A stretch of 64,000 nt of DNA, taken from assembly GCA_964016885.1 (NCBI GenBank), contig OZ024745.1, forward strand, positions 84,568,001 to 84,632,000, read 5' to 3'. Positions 11,428 through 28,669 of the stretch are shown piece by piece. This stretch comes from Eledone cirrhosa. Taxonomy: Eukaryota. The position numbers and the translations under genes are program-made. Position 1 is the stretch's first letter; every line of letters begins with the position of its first letter. The notes below the pieces were generated by a model. It had not been told where the DNA came from. It made no database searches and saw only the letters and a program-made list of their open reading frames with translations.

Positions 11428-12468
11428 CGGTGTGTTAAGTAAACTTCTTAACTATATGGCTATGCCTATGTTTAACTTTCATCAGTTTACGTTATCTAAA
11501 GGAGGCTGTACAACATGTGGAAGTGATACATAGTACATGACCTTTTGGCTATCAAGTTTGGATGAGAAGAGTGTTATAAACTTCCATTGAATTCAATACT
11601 GGGTGGTCACTAGAAACCAGGTGTGTAGACTGCAGAACTTGACCATATTGAAGTGGTATTTGAAATCAGCTACTGTTGTTCACATTAAATGAAAGGAGAC
11701 AGCTGTTTATGAGAGCAAGGAAAGAAAATACATTATATGAAGACAGTATTGGTGAATGGCAATCTTGTATGTGGGTGTAGAACAAACAGCTTTTGACAAA
11801 GTATTTGAATACAATTTTATAAAATTATCATTTGAATTTGATGAATGACTGGCAAGAAACTAAGCCAACTCATCTCAACTTTTTTTTATAAAAGAAATAT
11901 GGATATTGAATTAATGTTGAAGAACTACAACTGGGATGTCATTAGAATTGAGAATTACAGTCAAGCACATATCTCGACACTTCATAATGGCAAAGACAAT
12001 TGTCAGATATCTAATCAAACTGACTGTAAATAGATGCATTGTTTACATATGAGTCTCGGTGTTCTTGTACAGTAGTAATTCTCTATATGTCTTAATTGAC
12101 CAAGCTGAATTGGAAATATCCTAAGGGTATAACTTCTGTTACAGTGACATATTCAAGAGGAGAAATATCTTAACTTCTTAATGATTTTTGCAGAATGTGA
12201 CTATTTCTCATGGAAATTTAACAAGATCTTAAAAACAAGCATAGACAATTTTGATATGTTGATCTGTATTAATACAACTAATTCAGATGTTTTTGTTTTT
12301 TTTACCAATTACTGTCAAAACAAAAGTTACACTGTGACTGACACATGCACGCACATATATGCATGCACACATACATATATGCACACATGCATGCACACAC
12401 ACACCACACACCACACACCACACACCACACACCAACACCCATTCCATGTTTTGATATTTTCTATTTAG

Positions 12469-12671
12469 ATCAGACTGCTGTTGAAATTGCCAAAACCAAG
12501 CTGTTTTCACGTGAAGTGGTGGATATTATTCAACATAATCCCAACTGTGAAATGGCTTTCAATAAATTCATTCCATCTTACCATCACCATTTTGGCCGGC
12601 AATGTAGAGTAGCAGATTATGGTGTAGTAAAACTACTTGAATTGTTTGAATGTATTCCACATGTTGTACAG
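12469..12671 (+). CDS. MARF1: MARF1-like exon encoding a LOTUS domain
   Basis: Translates [67 protein letters not shown]. The [25 protein letters not shown] motif is diagnostic of MARF1. AG/GT boundaries. Confidence 0.95.
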
Positions 12672-12929
12672 GTCAGCCTTTCATCTTCAGTTAAGAAATT
12701 TCTTATTTTATATTTGTTTTTCCCCGTTTGTGTGAGTTGGATGTATCATCATATTTTTCTCCATATGATCTATTTTGGGCTTGGTTTCTATGGTTGGATG
12801 CCCTTCCTAATGCCAATCACTTTACAGGGTCTACTGAATGTATTTATCATTGCACCAACACTACCCCTTTGCAAAGGGACAAATTTATTCTTTTAACACC
12901 TAGCCTTTTATCTTTTAATAGTTGTATAG

Positions 12930-13126
12930 GCAACTGGACAAACTTGGCAGTATCGGTAGAGGGTCGGATGCCATGCTTTGCAGCAAAGAATTACGGCCCT
13001 TTATGGTCTGAGTTCAAATCCCGCCTAGGTTAACTTTGCCTTTCGTCCTTACAGGTTCGATAAAATAAAGTACCAGTGGTACACTAGGATAATTGCTGGC
13101 CTTGTGCCAAAAGTAGAAACAATTAT
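12930..13126 (+). mobile_element. SINE, same family as 9877-10062
   Basis: Direct similarity throughout. Confidence 0.8.
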
Positions 13127-13547
13127 TTAATAACCCCACTTTAACAACTTCCACTTAAAACAAAAATGCAAATTAAAGTTGAAATTGACTAGATTTGAAC
13201 ACTGAATCTGAGACAAAAGAAATTAAATGTTGTAAAATAATTAGCTTAATACTTTGTCTACCATTCTTTAATGTTTTGATTTTTAAGTTTATTTCAGGTA
13301 TTGGATAAATGGTCATCTTTTGATTTATTTGATCTATTCTCCTACGTTAGTCAAAAACCTTAAAAAGGTAACAACATAAGCTTCAAGGCTTTCAATGAAC
13401 ATCTATTAGTAAATGAAGCCTATCTAGAGATCATTTATTTCTATCATAAAACTAGTAAATGGTAACCTTGTAGTGTACAATGTAGTTAGATAAATGTTGT
13501 GTGTTCAGTGTACTTTCTTAGACCACTTGAATCTTTTTCTTCGATAG

Positions 13548-13763
13548 ATTAAAGAGAGAGAAGAAAGAATGCTTATATTAACAAGACCAGAAAAGCTCAG
13601 AATATTTGCTGATCAAATCACTTCTTTACTAAGATCTTCTCCTGATCAAAGGATGCTACTGTTTGATGTTGAAGTTACTTACAACAATTTGTTTGAATCT
13701 CTATTTGATTTCGATACACAGACACAACAAAAACTTCTTGCAATGTTGAAACCTTACTTTCAG
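13548..13763 (+). CDS. MARF1: MARF1-like exon (LOTUS domain)
   Basis: gatAG acceptor and GTattt donor; 72 codons, IKEREERMLILTRPEKLRIFADQITSLLRSSPDQRMLL...KPYFQ. Collinear with MARF1 'EEKILTLT...AAQFVKLLRS'. Confidence 0.9.
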
Positions 13764-14153
13764 GTATTTTTCAATAATTTTTCTGGCTAATATCCCATTA
13801 TAACTTTTGTTACAAATGTTTGTCCATCTTGCAGCTCAACCTGAAACAAAAGTTTGCACAAGTGTGCACACACATATATACATGTGCGTACATGTACATA
13901 TATGCATATCTATGCATGTATGCGCACACACATGCAAGCACACATTCTTTCTTTCTCTTCTAACAACCTGTCATACTGAAAGTTTTTTAAAGTGTTATCT
14001 GTTGAAGTACATACAGAAATAAACGCACGCACGCACGCACGCGCATACACACACACTCTCGCACACGCGCGCGCACAAAAAAAAAACTATATATATATAT
14101 ATAAATGACGAACCGTTTCATTTGAAATCACCTGCAATTGAACCCAGGATATA

Positions 14154-17141
14154 CATCATCATTTTACGTCCGCTTATCCCTGCTTGCAAGGGTGGGACGG
14201 GTCTTATTCAGCACAGCATCTCTCCACTTGTCACGGTCCTTCGTCATCTCCACCATGGGCTTCAGCGACCTGTGGTCTGTTCTCACCACCTCCGTCCATG
14301 TTTTTCGTGATCTACCTCTACCACGTCTTCTTTCAACTGGCATTCCCTGGCACTTCTTCACCCATAGGTCGTCCTCCATGCGTATCACATGTCCATACCA
14401 CTGCAGTCTCCTCTCTCGCACACTACATTCTATCCCTCTCAGACAGTTTCTCTCTCAACACATCCGTGCGGGTCGTTCATGCACATTGACATTGCACATC
14501 CAACGGAGCATGCTTGCCTCATTTCTCTCCAGCCGTCGCATATCCTCTGCAGTTGCTGCCCAAGTCTCACTACCATGCAGCATTGCGGTCCTCACACAGG
14601 CATCATATAACCGGCCTTTCATATGCAGGGAGAAACCCTTCATCGGCGAAGAAGCAGCTTCCTCAACTTCTTACAACCCGTCCTTATTCTAGATACTATG
14701 GCGTCGGAACACCCTCCTCCCATGCTAATCTGATCTCCTAGGTACCGGAAGCTATCCACCACTTCTATAGCGCCCTCTTGCATTTGAAAAATGCGTCTAT
14801 CAATGTGACTTCTACTGTCTAATTTCCTTGTACATCTACTGCATACGTATTTCTCCCTACCTGTTAGTTTGCCTGCTATCCCACTACATCTCTTGTGTAC
14901 CCAGGATCTGTATTGTGTGCATTTTATAGAATTTATGACAGCTCTGTTTCTGCATATCGAACATGGCCAGTTCCCTGACGGAATCAGTTTTGTCCTCTTT
15001 TCTACTCATCAACACTTTTGTCTTAGCTAGGTTCACTCTGTCCTCTTGCTTCCAACTGCTGTTTCCATAGCCAGAATTTATTCTCTAGCTCCTCTACTGA
15101 TTCTGCTATAAGAACCAGATTGTCAGCATAGAGAAGTTCCCATGCACAGCCAGTCTTAAACTCCTCTGTTATGGCTTGGAGGACTAAAATGAACAAGAGT
15201 GGGCTGAGGTCCGAGACTTGATGTACTCCTACTTGTATCTGGAATTACTCACTAAACTCAATTCCTACCCTGACAGTACCTCTGTACAAAGTTTGCACTG
15301 TCCTCACAGGCCATTCCTCAACACCTAGTTTCCTTAGGGACCACCAGATGACAGATCGGGGTACCCTATCAAAGGCCTTTGCTAGGTCAACAAAGGCTAA
15401 GTATAGTGGCTTATTCTTATCTAAGAACCTCTCTTGTTATTGTCTCACCAAGAAGAGGGCATCTGCTGTACTTTTCCCAGGCACAAAACCAAACTGCATC
15501 TCATCTTTGTTGACCCTTTCTCTAATCAGTTGTACTCTTTCAAAACCTGATCCATCAGTTTTATACCCCTATAATTGCTCCTCTCCAGAGCATCCCCTTC
15601 ACCTTTGTAGCAATTTATGAGAATACTGTTGCACCAGTCTTTGGGTATGACACCACCATATATAGCCTGATTGATGATGCATGCAACCAGTTTAGTGCCT
15701 ACGTCGCCTGATGCCTTCAGCATCTCAGCAACTATCCTCGATGGTCCAGCAGCCTTACCATTTTTCATTTCCTTAATCGCCTCTTGGACCCTATATTTGT
15801 CAATATCAATAGCTGGTCCCTCTGTTGGGTTTACTGGGGGTAATTTCTCTCTCTCCCATTCATTCTCCACATTCATCAGTCTCTCATAATGACATTTCCA
15901 GGCCTCCTTTTTCTGATCATTTGTGACACTAAGTACACCGGCATCATCCCGGACACATTTATCTCCAACAACATCCTGATTTGCATTGACACACTGCCTT
16001 GCAATGTGGAACACCGCACGCCTCTGATCTTCCGGTCGCAGAACATTGGCAAACCTCCTACTCTCTGCCTCCCTGCGTGCTAAGTACACCTGAGGTCTAG
16101 CTTCTCTCATAGCGGATGTATATCCTTCTCTACTCCCACCCTTTTTCCAAGCCTTCCATGCTAGTCTTTTGTCTCTAATGGCCCTGTCTACCGTGCTTTT
16201 CCACCACCAGGTCACAAGTTTCATCAGTAGCCTGCAGTAAGTTATGTAAGAAATTCCAATTATTATCTATGTCATACGACTCTAAATTGTCTTCTTTTTC
16301 GTCATGCACATCTTGAAGGGCTTTCCTAAATTTGTATTTTAGTGAAACGTCTTTGAGCTTCCACACCTTCCTGTATGTCTCATTCTGTCTCTTGCTTATT
16401 GAGATATCTCTAACGACTAACCTATGCTGTGGGGTACATTCTTCCCCAGGGTATGCCTTGGTATTTGCCGCCATCTGCCTATCCCGCTGCCTAACTAGTA
16501 AGAAGTCAATCTGGATTATGTGCTCGCCTGATTTGTAGGTTATAAGGTGGTTAGGTTTCTGGAAGTTAGTATTGCAAATGGTCAGTGTACTTGCATCACA
16601 AAATTCAAGAAGTCTCACTCCTTCTTCATTTCTTGAGCCGTAACCATGCCCACCATGTACCCCAGTGTAACCATCCTTGAGCTGTCCAACATGACCATTG
16701 AAGTCTCCTGCTAGCATAACGAAGTCTCCGTCCTGTTATTGCGGCTGTTTGTAAAAGTTGCTCATAAAAGCAGTCTTTTTCTTCTTTACCTAGGCCTGCT
16801 TGGGGAGCATAAGCAGAGATGATTGTCAGTAGTCTCCTGCCTACAACTAATCTAAGCTTAATTATTCGATTATTAACTCAAACTACCTCTATTGTCTTAT
16901 AGATCCATATATCAGCCAGGAAAATGCCTACTCCCCCTAACCCATCATCCTTAGCTACCCAGAAAAGCTTATAATTAAGATGTTTGCCTGCGATTAGTCT
17001 CGCAGAGGCACCTCTCCATCTCACCTCTTGCACGCAGCACACATCCACATGCCTTCTCACCAGCATCTCCACTATTTCACCAGATCTACCTGTGAGAGTG
17101 CCATCATTAAGTGTTGCAACTTTGAGATGCGACGTCTTCAT
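14154..17141 (-). mobile_element. Near full-length but frameshifted RTE LINE (APE endonuclease + RT)
   Basis: APE motifs LKVATLNDGTL, CCVQEVRWRG, AGDFNGHVG, QIDFLLVR and PQHRLVV. RT motifs KAAGPSRI and [11 protein letters not shown]-terminus [10 protein letters not shown] with a (TGA) tail. Confidence 0.95.
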
Positions 17142-17616
17142 ATTTTTGTTGTTCCTTTTCCTGTTGTGCGATTGCTTGAAGACGGTCGGGACATGGTCGC
17201 ACCATCCACCCCACTACCGTGCGCAGCCCTAACATGGTATATATTTGTTGCTGTGCTCATAATTGTTTTTGCATTGATACACTGGTTGGATGCCCTTCCT
17301 AACACCAGTGCCACTTTACAGCATGGACTGGGTGCTTCTATTTGTGCCACCAGCACTAGACAGGATGTCTTACTGGACTCATGGGCCCTCTCTACCCCTC
17401 CATTTTGCAGCATGGTGATAACAAAACAAAAACAAAAAAAAAACCACCCCTTATTGACACTCACGGCACGCACACGCACACATATATACAAACATCGACA
17501 CACATACATATTACCGTCAGTACTGATACAAGATCATGTCAACTGTTGACTTTAGAAGGAGCTCATACAATAGAAGCCAAGGTTACAGTTCAGTATTATT
17601 ATAATAATACACACAC

Positions 17617-17663
<47 letters not shown>

Positions 17664-17758
17664 CACACACCACACACTGAACAGAAAGAAACAGCTCTTC
17701 TTTTATCAGATTGATTCTAGCTTTTTAGTTCAAATATTGATTACAAAGTTATATTAAC

Positions 17759-17789
<31 letters not shown>

Positions 17790-17790
17790 C

Positions 17791-19838
17791 GATATTAACA
17801 AATGGAAACTATATTTATAAAACCATATTTATTTCATTATATATATTTCAAGGATACCAAGTTAAATTATGGTATGCCTTCATCAGACAAAATACAATAT
17901 ATAACAGTTTTATAAATAGACATTGACGTACCCTTTTAAAATGCGACCGTTACTTTTGGAAGCCATCAAGATAGTGATTTGTTTACTTTAGTAAGTCATA
18001 GTGTTAAGAATATGTAAAAACACAGAGAGAGAGAAAAGTGGAGAAAAGAAAGGGAGAGATATATAAAGAAAAAGAAGAAAGCAAAAAGAAAAAAGAGAAC
18101 GGAGGAAAATAACTGGCAGATATCAAACCATCAGACAGAGAGAAAAAAAACTCAAGAGAGACATATAGAGATAGAGAGAGGGGTAGAGAACGAAAGCCTT
18201 AAGTTATGTCATATTAAGTTGAGTTAACAATTGAGATGAAATGAATAAATAAAATTAGAAATATTCATGAATGGAATATACATATATAATATGAGAAATT
18301 ACTCATTGTTTAATTGATTAGATATTTAGTTTAAAAATTGTGATCAATATATTAAAAATTGGAATTTAAACATTATAAAATATATATATTGCTAGGGAAA
18401 TTACCTATCATATAGCACATACATATAGGCAAAGGTACATAAATATATATATATACACACACTCAGAAAATACACATTATATCTACTCCGGCATATAATA
18501 TATACACACATACTCAGAAAATACACATTATATCTACTCTCGCATATAATATATACATACAAAGCATAAGTGTTTTTTTTTTTTATTTACTGCTATACAT
18601 TCCTTGTGTTATTAAATAAAAAAATTTAGTACATATATATAAATATATAGGATTAACTTTCATGCATTTATGGCTGTTAAATCATGCATATCTGCAATCA
18701 AAAACTGCATGGGTAAGCATGTACATGCACTCTCATAATTCTTAGCTATACATATATAAATGTGTGTGCATTTTCACCCAATTGGTAGACACGCGTCACT
18801 CATGCATAGATACAGACAGACATATAATCATAAAAAGGCATATAACACATGTATATGTATGTTAATACCCATATATAGATGTATCGTCGTATAGAGATAA
18901 GTATACATCAATATATAACATAGTACAATCGACTATATATCTATATATGGGTATTAACATACATATACATGTGTTATATGCTTTTTTATGATTATATGTC
19001 TCTGTATATATGCATGAGTGACGCGTGTCTACCAATTGGTTGAAGATGCACACACATATTTATATATGTATAGCTAAGAATTATGAGTGTGCATGTACAT
19101 GCTAACCCATGCAGTTTTTTTTATTGCAGATATGCATGATTTAACAACCATAAATGCATGAAAGTTAATCCTATATATATATACTAAACATTTTTATTTA
19201 ATAACATAAGGAATGTATAGCAGTAAATAAAAAAAACCACTTATGCTTTGAATGTATATATTATATGCGGGAGTAGATATGTGTATTTTCTGAGTGTGTG
19301 TGTGTATATATATATATTTATGTACCTTTGCCTATATGTATGTGCTATAAGATGGGTAATTTCCCTAGCAATATATATATTTTATGTTTAAATTCCAATT
19401 TTTAATATATTGATATCAATTTTTAAACTAAATATCAAATCATAATTAAACAATGAGTAATTTCTCATATTATATATGTATATTCCATTCATGAATATTA
19501 ATATTTCTAATTTTAATTATTCATTTCATCTCAATTGTTAACTCAACTTAATGACATAACTTAAGGCTTTCGTTCTCTACCCCTCTCTCTATCTCTATAT
19601 GTCTCTCTCTTGAGTTTTTTTTCTGTCTGATGGTTTGATATCTCCGTTATTTTCCTCTGTTCTCTTTTTTCTTTTTGCTTTCTTCTTTTTCTTTATATAT
19701 CTCTCCCTTTCTTTTCTCCACGTTTCTCTCTCCGTCTTTTTACTTATTCTTAACACTATGACTTACTAAAGTAAACAAATCACTATCCTGATGGCTTCCA
19801 AAAGTAACGGTCGCATTTTAAAAGGGTACGTCAATGTC
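17791..19838. mobile_element. PLE-type 3'UTR (minus) with a ~0.95-kb-arm fold-back
   Basis: ~17918-18880 and ~18939-19838 are diverged reverse complements. The left end is homologous to the 1369-1706 element and abuts (TA)n. Confidence 0.85.
17830..17894 (-). ncRNA. Minimal type I hammerhead ribozyme
   Basis: tattttgt CTGATGA aggcatacca taatttaact tggtatcctt GAAA tatata TA atgaaata; helices differ in sequence from the 1406-1466 copy but still pair. Confidence 0.8.
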
Positions 19839-19844
19839 AATTAT

Positions 19845-20222
19845 CCAATTGCACCTCTAAGGCGATGACACATGACTGTGACCTGGCATCGCGCATTAAT
19901 ACAGAAGACCCGAATCTCCACGGGTACAAGCTGAAGCATATAGACAATATGCCCCCACCCCTCCCACTGCAAAGAGGTCATGGAGGTGCCACAGCAAAAA
20001 AGCACCCAGCCCACACTGTAAAGTAGGCATGTAGGCGCCACAGGAAAAAAGCACCCAGCACTCATTGTAAATGAGGTTGGTGTTAGGAAGGGCATCTAGC
20101 TGTAGAAATCCAGCCAGAATCGGTTCCCGTATAAGCAAAAGGTCAGCTGACTGGACACTGCCCACAACAGGACAACCCATCTAATCCATGCTAGCATGGA
20201 AGAACGGACATAAAACGATGAG
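19845..20222 (+). mobile_element. RTE 3'UTR fragment
   Basis: Similar to the 3' end of the RTE at 35734-37539. Confidence 0.85.
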
Positions 20223-20514
20223 ATAGATATATATATATATATAGATATATATATATATAGATATATATATATATATATATATATGAACTTGATTAACCAA
20301 TAATTTTCATGGATTTACTAAAATTATTTCATTACTAAGATACTTACTTATGGTTTGTATATAAAATTATCTTGGAAGATATTAATTTATATAACTTTTT
20401 AAAATGGATGCTTCTGTTTCATAGAGCGAGTATGTTTATTTTATTGACTGTACCTCTAATTCAGATATCTACATATTTGATAGTCAAAATTAAATTATTT
20501 TCGTTAAAATCAGT

Positions 20515-20980
20515 TTATTAATGAACTAGCTGTAAGCTAAGTATTAAAATTGAATAGTATGATGCCTGTGTGCAAATTGCCATGCTGCATAGTAGTGAGA
20601 CATGGACAGTTAACAAAGAGAACATGTAGTGGCTGGAGAAAAATGAGGCAAGCATGCTGCAATGGATGTGCAATGATAATGTGTGAGCATAACAAAGCAT
20701 GGATGAGCTGAGTGAGAAACTGGGTATTAGAGGAATCACTAGTAGTGTGTAGGAGAGGATTGCATTAGTATGCATATGTGATGTGCATGGAGGATGATCA
20801 CTGGATGAAGTGACAAATAATCCCAGTGGAAGGAAGCCACAGATCTGGATGGAAGTTGTGAGAGCTGATCTCGGATCACTAAAGCTCAGAGATGACAAAG
20901 GAACATGACAAGTGGAGAGATGCTGTATTGAGAAGGACCTGTCCAACCCATGCAAGTGTGGAACAGATATAAAATGATGT
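20515..20980 (+). mobile_element. Degraded RTE 3' fragment
   Basis: YDACVQIAMLHSSETW-like remnant and an RTE tail. Confidence 0.75.
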
Positions 20981-21074
20981 TAACTACCAATTTCTATATT
21001 AATTCTGTGTGTATTTAAAACTATTTATATAATTACATATGATGTAACCATATAACTTTTGTTTATATATTCAG

Positions 21075-21284
21075 GTTGAGCTGCAAGATGGACAAACATT
21101 CCTGGTACTGAAACCTAAAAAAACAGTTTGTCCACTTCTTGCCAAGCAGATTATACACATATTAAATGAACACAGTCAAGATACATGTTCTCTTGCTCTC
21201 AAAGATGTTTGTTCATATTACAAAGAAATTTACCACACAGCATTAGACTGTCATTTACTATCAGATTTAATCTACTATGTTCAA
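21075..21284 (+). CDS. MARF1: MARF1-like exon (divergent LOTUS domain)
   Basis: ttcAG acceptor and GTaagt donor; 70 open codons, VELQDGQTFLVLKPKKTVCPLLAKQIIHILNEHSQ...YYKEIYHTALDCHLLSDLIYYVQ. Phase 0 at both ends. Confidence 0.85.
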
Positions 21285-21304
21285 GTAAGTATGTATTGGT
21301 AATT

Positions 21305-21450
21305 TAGGTGCAGGTATGGCTGTGGTGTTAAGGAGGTGGCTTGTTACTGCATGGTTTCAAGTGTTGGTAACTTAGGTGCCGGTATGGCTGTGGTGTTAAG
21401 GTGGCTTTTTACTGCATGGATTCAGGTTCAGTCCCACTGCGATAGTGTGG
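21305..21450 (+). repeat. Tandem duplication of a SINE-head-like segment
   Basis: Two copies of TTGGTAA.TTAGGTGC.GGTATGGCTGTGGTGTTAAGG...TACTGCATGG.TTCA. Confidence 0.55.
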
Positions 21451-21574
21451 GATATATGGATATATATACTTTGGGTATATGGTTCAGATGTAATGTAGTT
21501 GATGCACCCATACATGTGAATGGAGCTTTGAGGCTCAATTTCTTGCTGAGCTTGATGCTACTGCTCAACTTTGG

Positions 21575-21611
<37 letters not shown>

Positions 21612-21786
21612 CAATATTTCGTAATGCCATCAAGTGAATAGTTTTACCATTATTGCGGGTATATTTTATTTTTATTCCTTTCTTATAATTAGCTAACCAA
21701 GATAAAAATTCCTATCTTATATATATATATAATGAAGGAACGAAGGAAGTGTGGTAATGGACCAGATGGACTTTTTACTATATATG

Positions 21787-23570
21787 CATGCTACAAGGGT
21801 AAAGGGGATGCTCTAGATAGGGGAAACTATAGAGGCATTAAGTTAGTTGACCAGGTCAAGGTCACAGAAAGAGTTATAGCGCAACTAATCAGAGAGCGAA
21901 TTGATCTAGATGAAATGCAGTTTGGGTTTGTGTCAGGTAAAAGTACCACAGACGCTCTTTTCCTTGTACGACAACAAGAGGAGTACCTAGCTAAAAATAA
22001 ACCCCTCTACTTAGCTTTGTAGACCTGGAGAAAGCTTTTGACGGTCCCCCGCTCCATTATCTGGTGGGCTCTTAGAAAACTAGGTGTAGATGAATGGCTT
22101 GTACAAGCTATGTATAATGAAACAGTCAGTAAGGTTAGAATTAACAATGAATATTGTGAAGAATTTAGTGTAAAAGTTGGCGTTCATCAAGGCTCTGTCC
22201 TTAGCCACCTCTTATTTATTATTGCCCTTCAGGCTATAACAGATGAGTTCAAGACCGGCTGCCCATGGGAACTCCTACACGCAGATGATCTAACGCTCAT
22301 AGCTGAATCAATGGCTGAACTAGAGAAGAAATTTGAAATATGGAAGCATGGCCTAGAATCAAAAGGCCTTAAAGTTAACTTGTCTAAGACTAAAGTTCTA
22401 GTTTTTAGAAAGGAAAATAGGGCACAGGTGCCCTCAGGGAAATGGCCATGCTCAGTGTGTAGGAAAGGAGTAGGCAGAAATTCCATTTTATGTCCAAAAT
22501 GGGTACATAAAAGATGTAGTGGGATCACAGGTAAACTATCTAAGAACGTAGACTTTATATGTGGCCAATGCTCAGGTGCAATAAGTAGCAAGTGTCCAAA
22601 GGATACTAGCTCCTTCTATTGCCCAGATGGTTCTATAGAAATAATAGACACTTTCTGTTACCTGGGTGACGAAATCAGCAGTGGTGGAGGGTGTTCTGAA
22701 AGTACAGTAGCCAGTCAGAACGGGATGGAAAAAGTTCAGAGTTTATACCGCTGTTGGCCACAAAAGGTTTCTCTCTAAAAATGAAAGGCAGATTGTATGA
22801 TGCCTGTATACGAACAGCAATGCTACATGGCAGTGAGACATGGGCATTACGTGCAGAGGACCTGCGTAGACTGGAGAGGAACGAAGCATACATGCTCCGT
22901 TGGATGTGTAATAGTAATATACGTGAACGGCAAAGCATAAAGGAACTAAGTGAGGAATAAGAGGGATCGGATGCTGTTTACTTCAGAGAAGACTGTTGGT
23001 ATGGTCACGTGATGCGTATGAAAGACGACACCTGCATAAAAAAAAGTGCAGGGCAATCAAAATTGATGGTAGTTATGGAGTAGGTAGACCCAGAAAAACC
23101 TGGGATGATCTGTTAAATTCCGACCTTACATACATCTCTCTAAGACAATGGCTCTGGACCAAGATCTTTGGCGCTATGCAGTAATACAGAAGACCCGCCT
23201 TCCCGATGTACAAAGTGAAACCTACAGTCAGTAGGCACCTCTTAACCAAATATACACCCCAATCCACTAACCCTACCCTATCCTCCCACCAACAGCACGT
23301 GATAATGAGATCGTGGAGGTGTCACGACAAAAAACACAGTCCATGCTGTAATGTGGCCATGTAGGTAACACGGTAAAAAGTTCCCAGTTCCACACTGTAA
23401 ATGTGGTTGGTGTGAGGAAGGACATCCAGCCGTAGAAAACCTGCCAGATAGTCCTATATGAGCGAGACACGGTCACCCGACCAGCCTTGCCTCAAGTTGG
23501 ACAACTCCCGTCTAACCCATGCTAGCGTGGAAAATGGACGTTAAACGATGATGATGATGATGATGAGGAT
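21787..23570 (+). mobile_element. 5'-truncated, frameshifted RTE LINE
   Basis: Encodes [34 protein letters not shown], a PHD-like Cys cluster and MLHGSETW; 3'UTR and (TGA)n tail. Confidence 0.95.
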
Positions 23571-23693
23571 GAGGATGAGGGTGGATGGATGGATGGATGG
23601 ATGGATGGATGGATTTGCTCTACGGTTCTTATCGAGCCCTCTTTGGATTTTAGTCTTCAAATTTATTATTATTACTATATATATATATATATG

Positions 23694-24339
23694 AAAAATG
23701 GCGTGCTGTGTTGTTGCAAATGGGATACATATGAAATTAGAGCGAGAAGACAGGGCGTCCGTCAACACTGATCTTCCAGCCGTCATTGGTATTTCTTCGC
23801 ATTAAAGATCATATAATTCTGGCTGGTAAGAGCAATAACTAGAAAAACTTATTGGGACACGTAGAATAGGGTGAAGTGAGCGAGACATGTAAACAAACCG
23901 AGATGGTAATGCAACGGAAAGAGAGGAAGAGGGGAAACAAGTCCGTGATATCTGTTAACTTAAGTTCAATCAAATCATTAACGAGGAGAGAGACGCGTCT
24001 CTCTCCATGTGAGATGTAAGTGAGAAAAGGATTTCACAGAGGTCAGACGGGAGGAAGTGAGAGGGGAGTAGCAGAGTGAGTGAGTGAAAGTGTGAGGAAG
24101 AGGCCAGCTGAGTGTGACTGGCAGAGGGGGTGAAATGAAGGTGAGACATACAGAGGGAGAGAAAGAGGGTAGCAGTAAGAAACAGACTGGTCATAGCGGA
24201 AGGAAAAATATAAATTTAAAATAGCGTGCTGCGTTTTTGCAAACAGGATACATATGAATAAAATGAGAGCGAGAAGACAGGGCGTCCATCATCAGTAATC
24301 TTCCAGCCATCATTGATATTTCTTCGCATTTTAATGCTC

Positions 24340-24340
<1 letters not shown>
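23694..24340. repeat. Diverged ~125-bp direct repeats (23694-23815 and 24218-24340) flanking a purine-rich spacer
   Basis: Both copies contain GCGTGCTG...GATACATATGAA...GAGCGAGAAGACAGGGCGTCC...TCTTCCAGCC.TCATTG.TATTTCTTCGCATT. Confidence 0.8.
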
Positions 24341-28075
<3,735 letters not shown>

Positions 28076-28462
28076 AACTTTGAATAACTTTGAAATGTTT
28101 TGGCCAGTATTGGCCCAGGCCATGTCTAACTTAATAGCACCACCTGGCGAAGTCTTTCAATCAGGATTTGGGCACCATGGCCCATTCGAGAAGAGAATTA
28201 CTGTTTGCGGAGACATATCGGGTGTGGGTGGTTTGTCTGGATTACTTGGAGGAATTTGTCCAAAGACTTCTTGAATTTTGTGTGGTCAGTTTCTGTTTTG
28301 ACGTGTCCTGGTGTGATGTTGAAGAGAGCAGGGCCGATTGAGGTGAAATAATTGTGCCGTATTGTTGTTATGAGTTGCGATTTAGATTTTTGAATGGGAC
28401 GGATAGCACGGGGCCCAAGCCTTGGGTGTATCTTGAAGGATGCCAACATCATTTGGGCAGTG
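28076..28462 (-). mobile_element. CR1-group LINE 3' end
   Basis: Encodes [13 protein letters not shown]...[12 protein letters not shown]; terminal tandem TTCAAAGTTA x2. Confidence 0.8.
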
Positions 28463-28669
28463 ATATATTTGTATATATATATATATATAATTTGTATATA
28501 TTTGTATATATATATATATTTGTGTATATATATATATATATATATATATTTGTATGTATATATATATATATATATATATATTTGTATGTATATATATATA
28601 TATATATTTGTATGTATATATATATATATTATATATATATATTTGTATGTATGTATATATATATATATA

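Noticed and set aside
13278-13370. Possible extra exon (ttcAG...GTaac)
   Set aside because: Contains stops in the required frame, and the flanking exons already join in phase with collinear homology.
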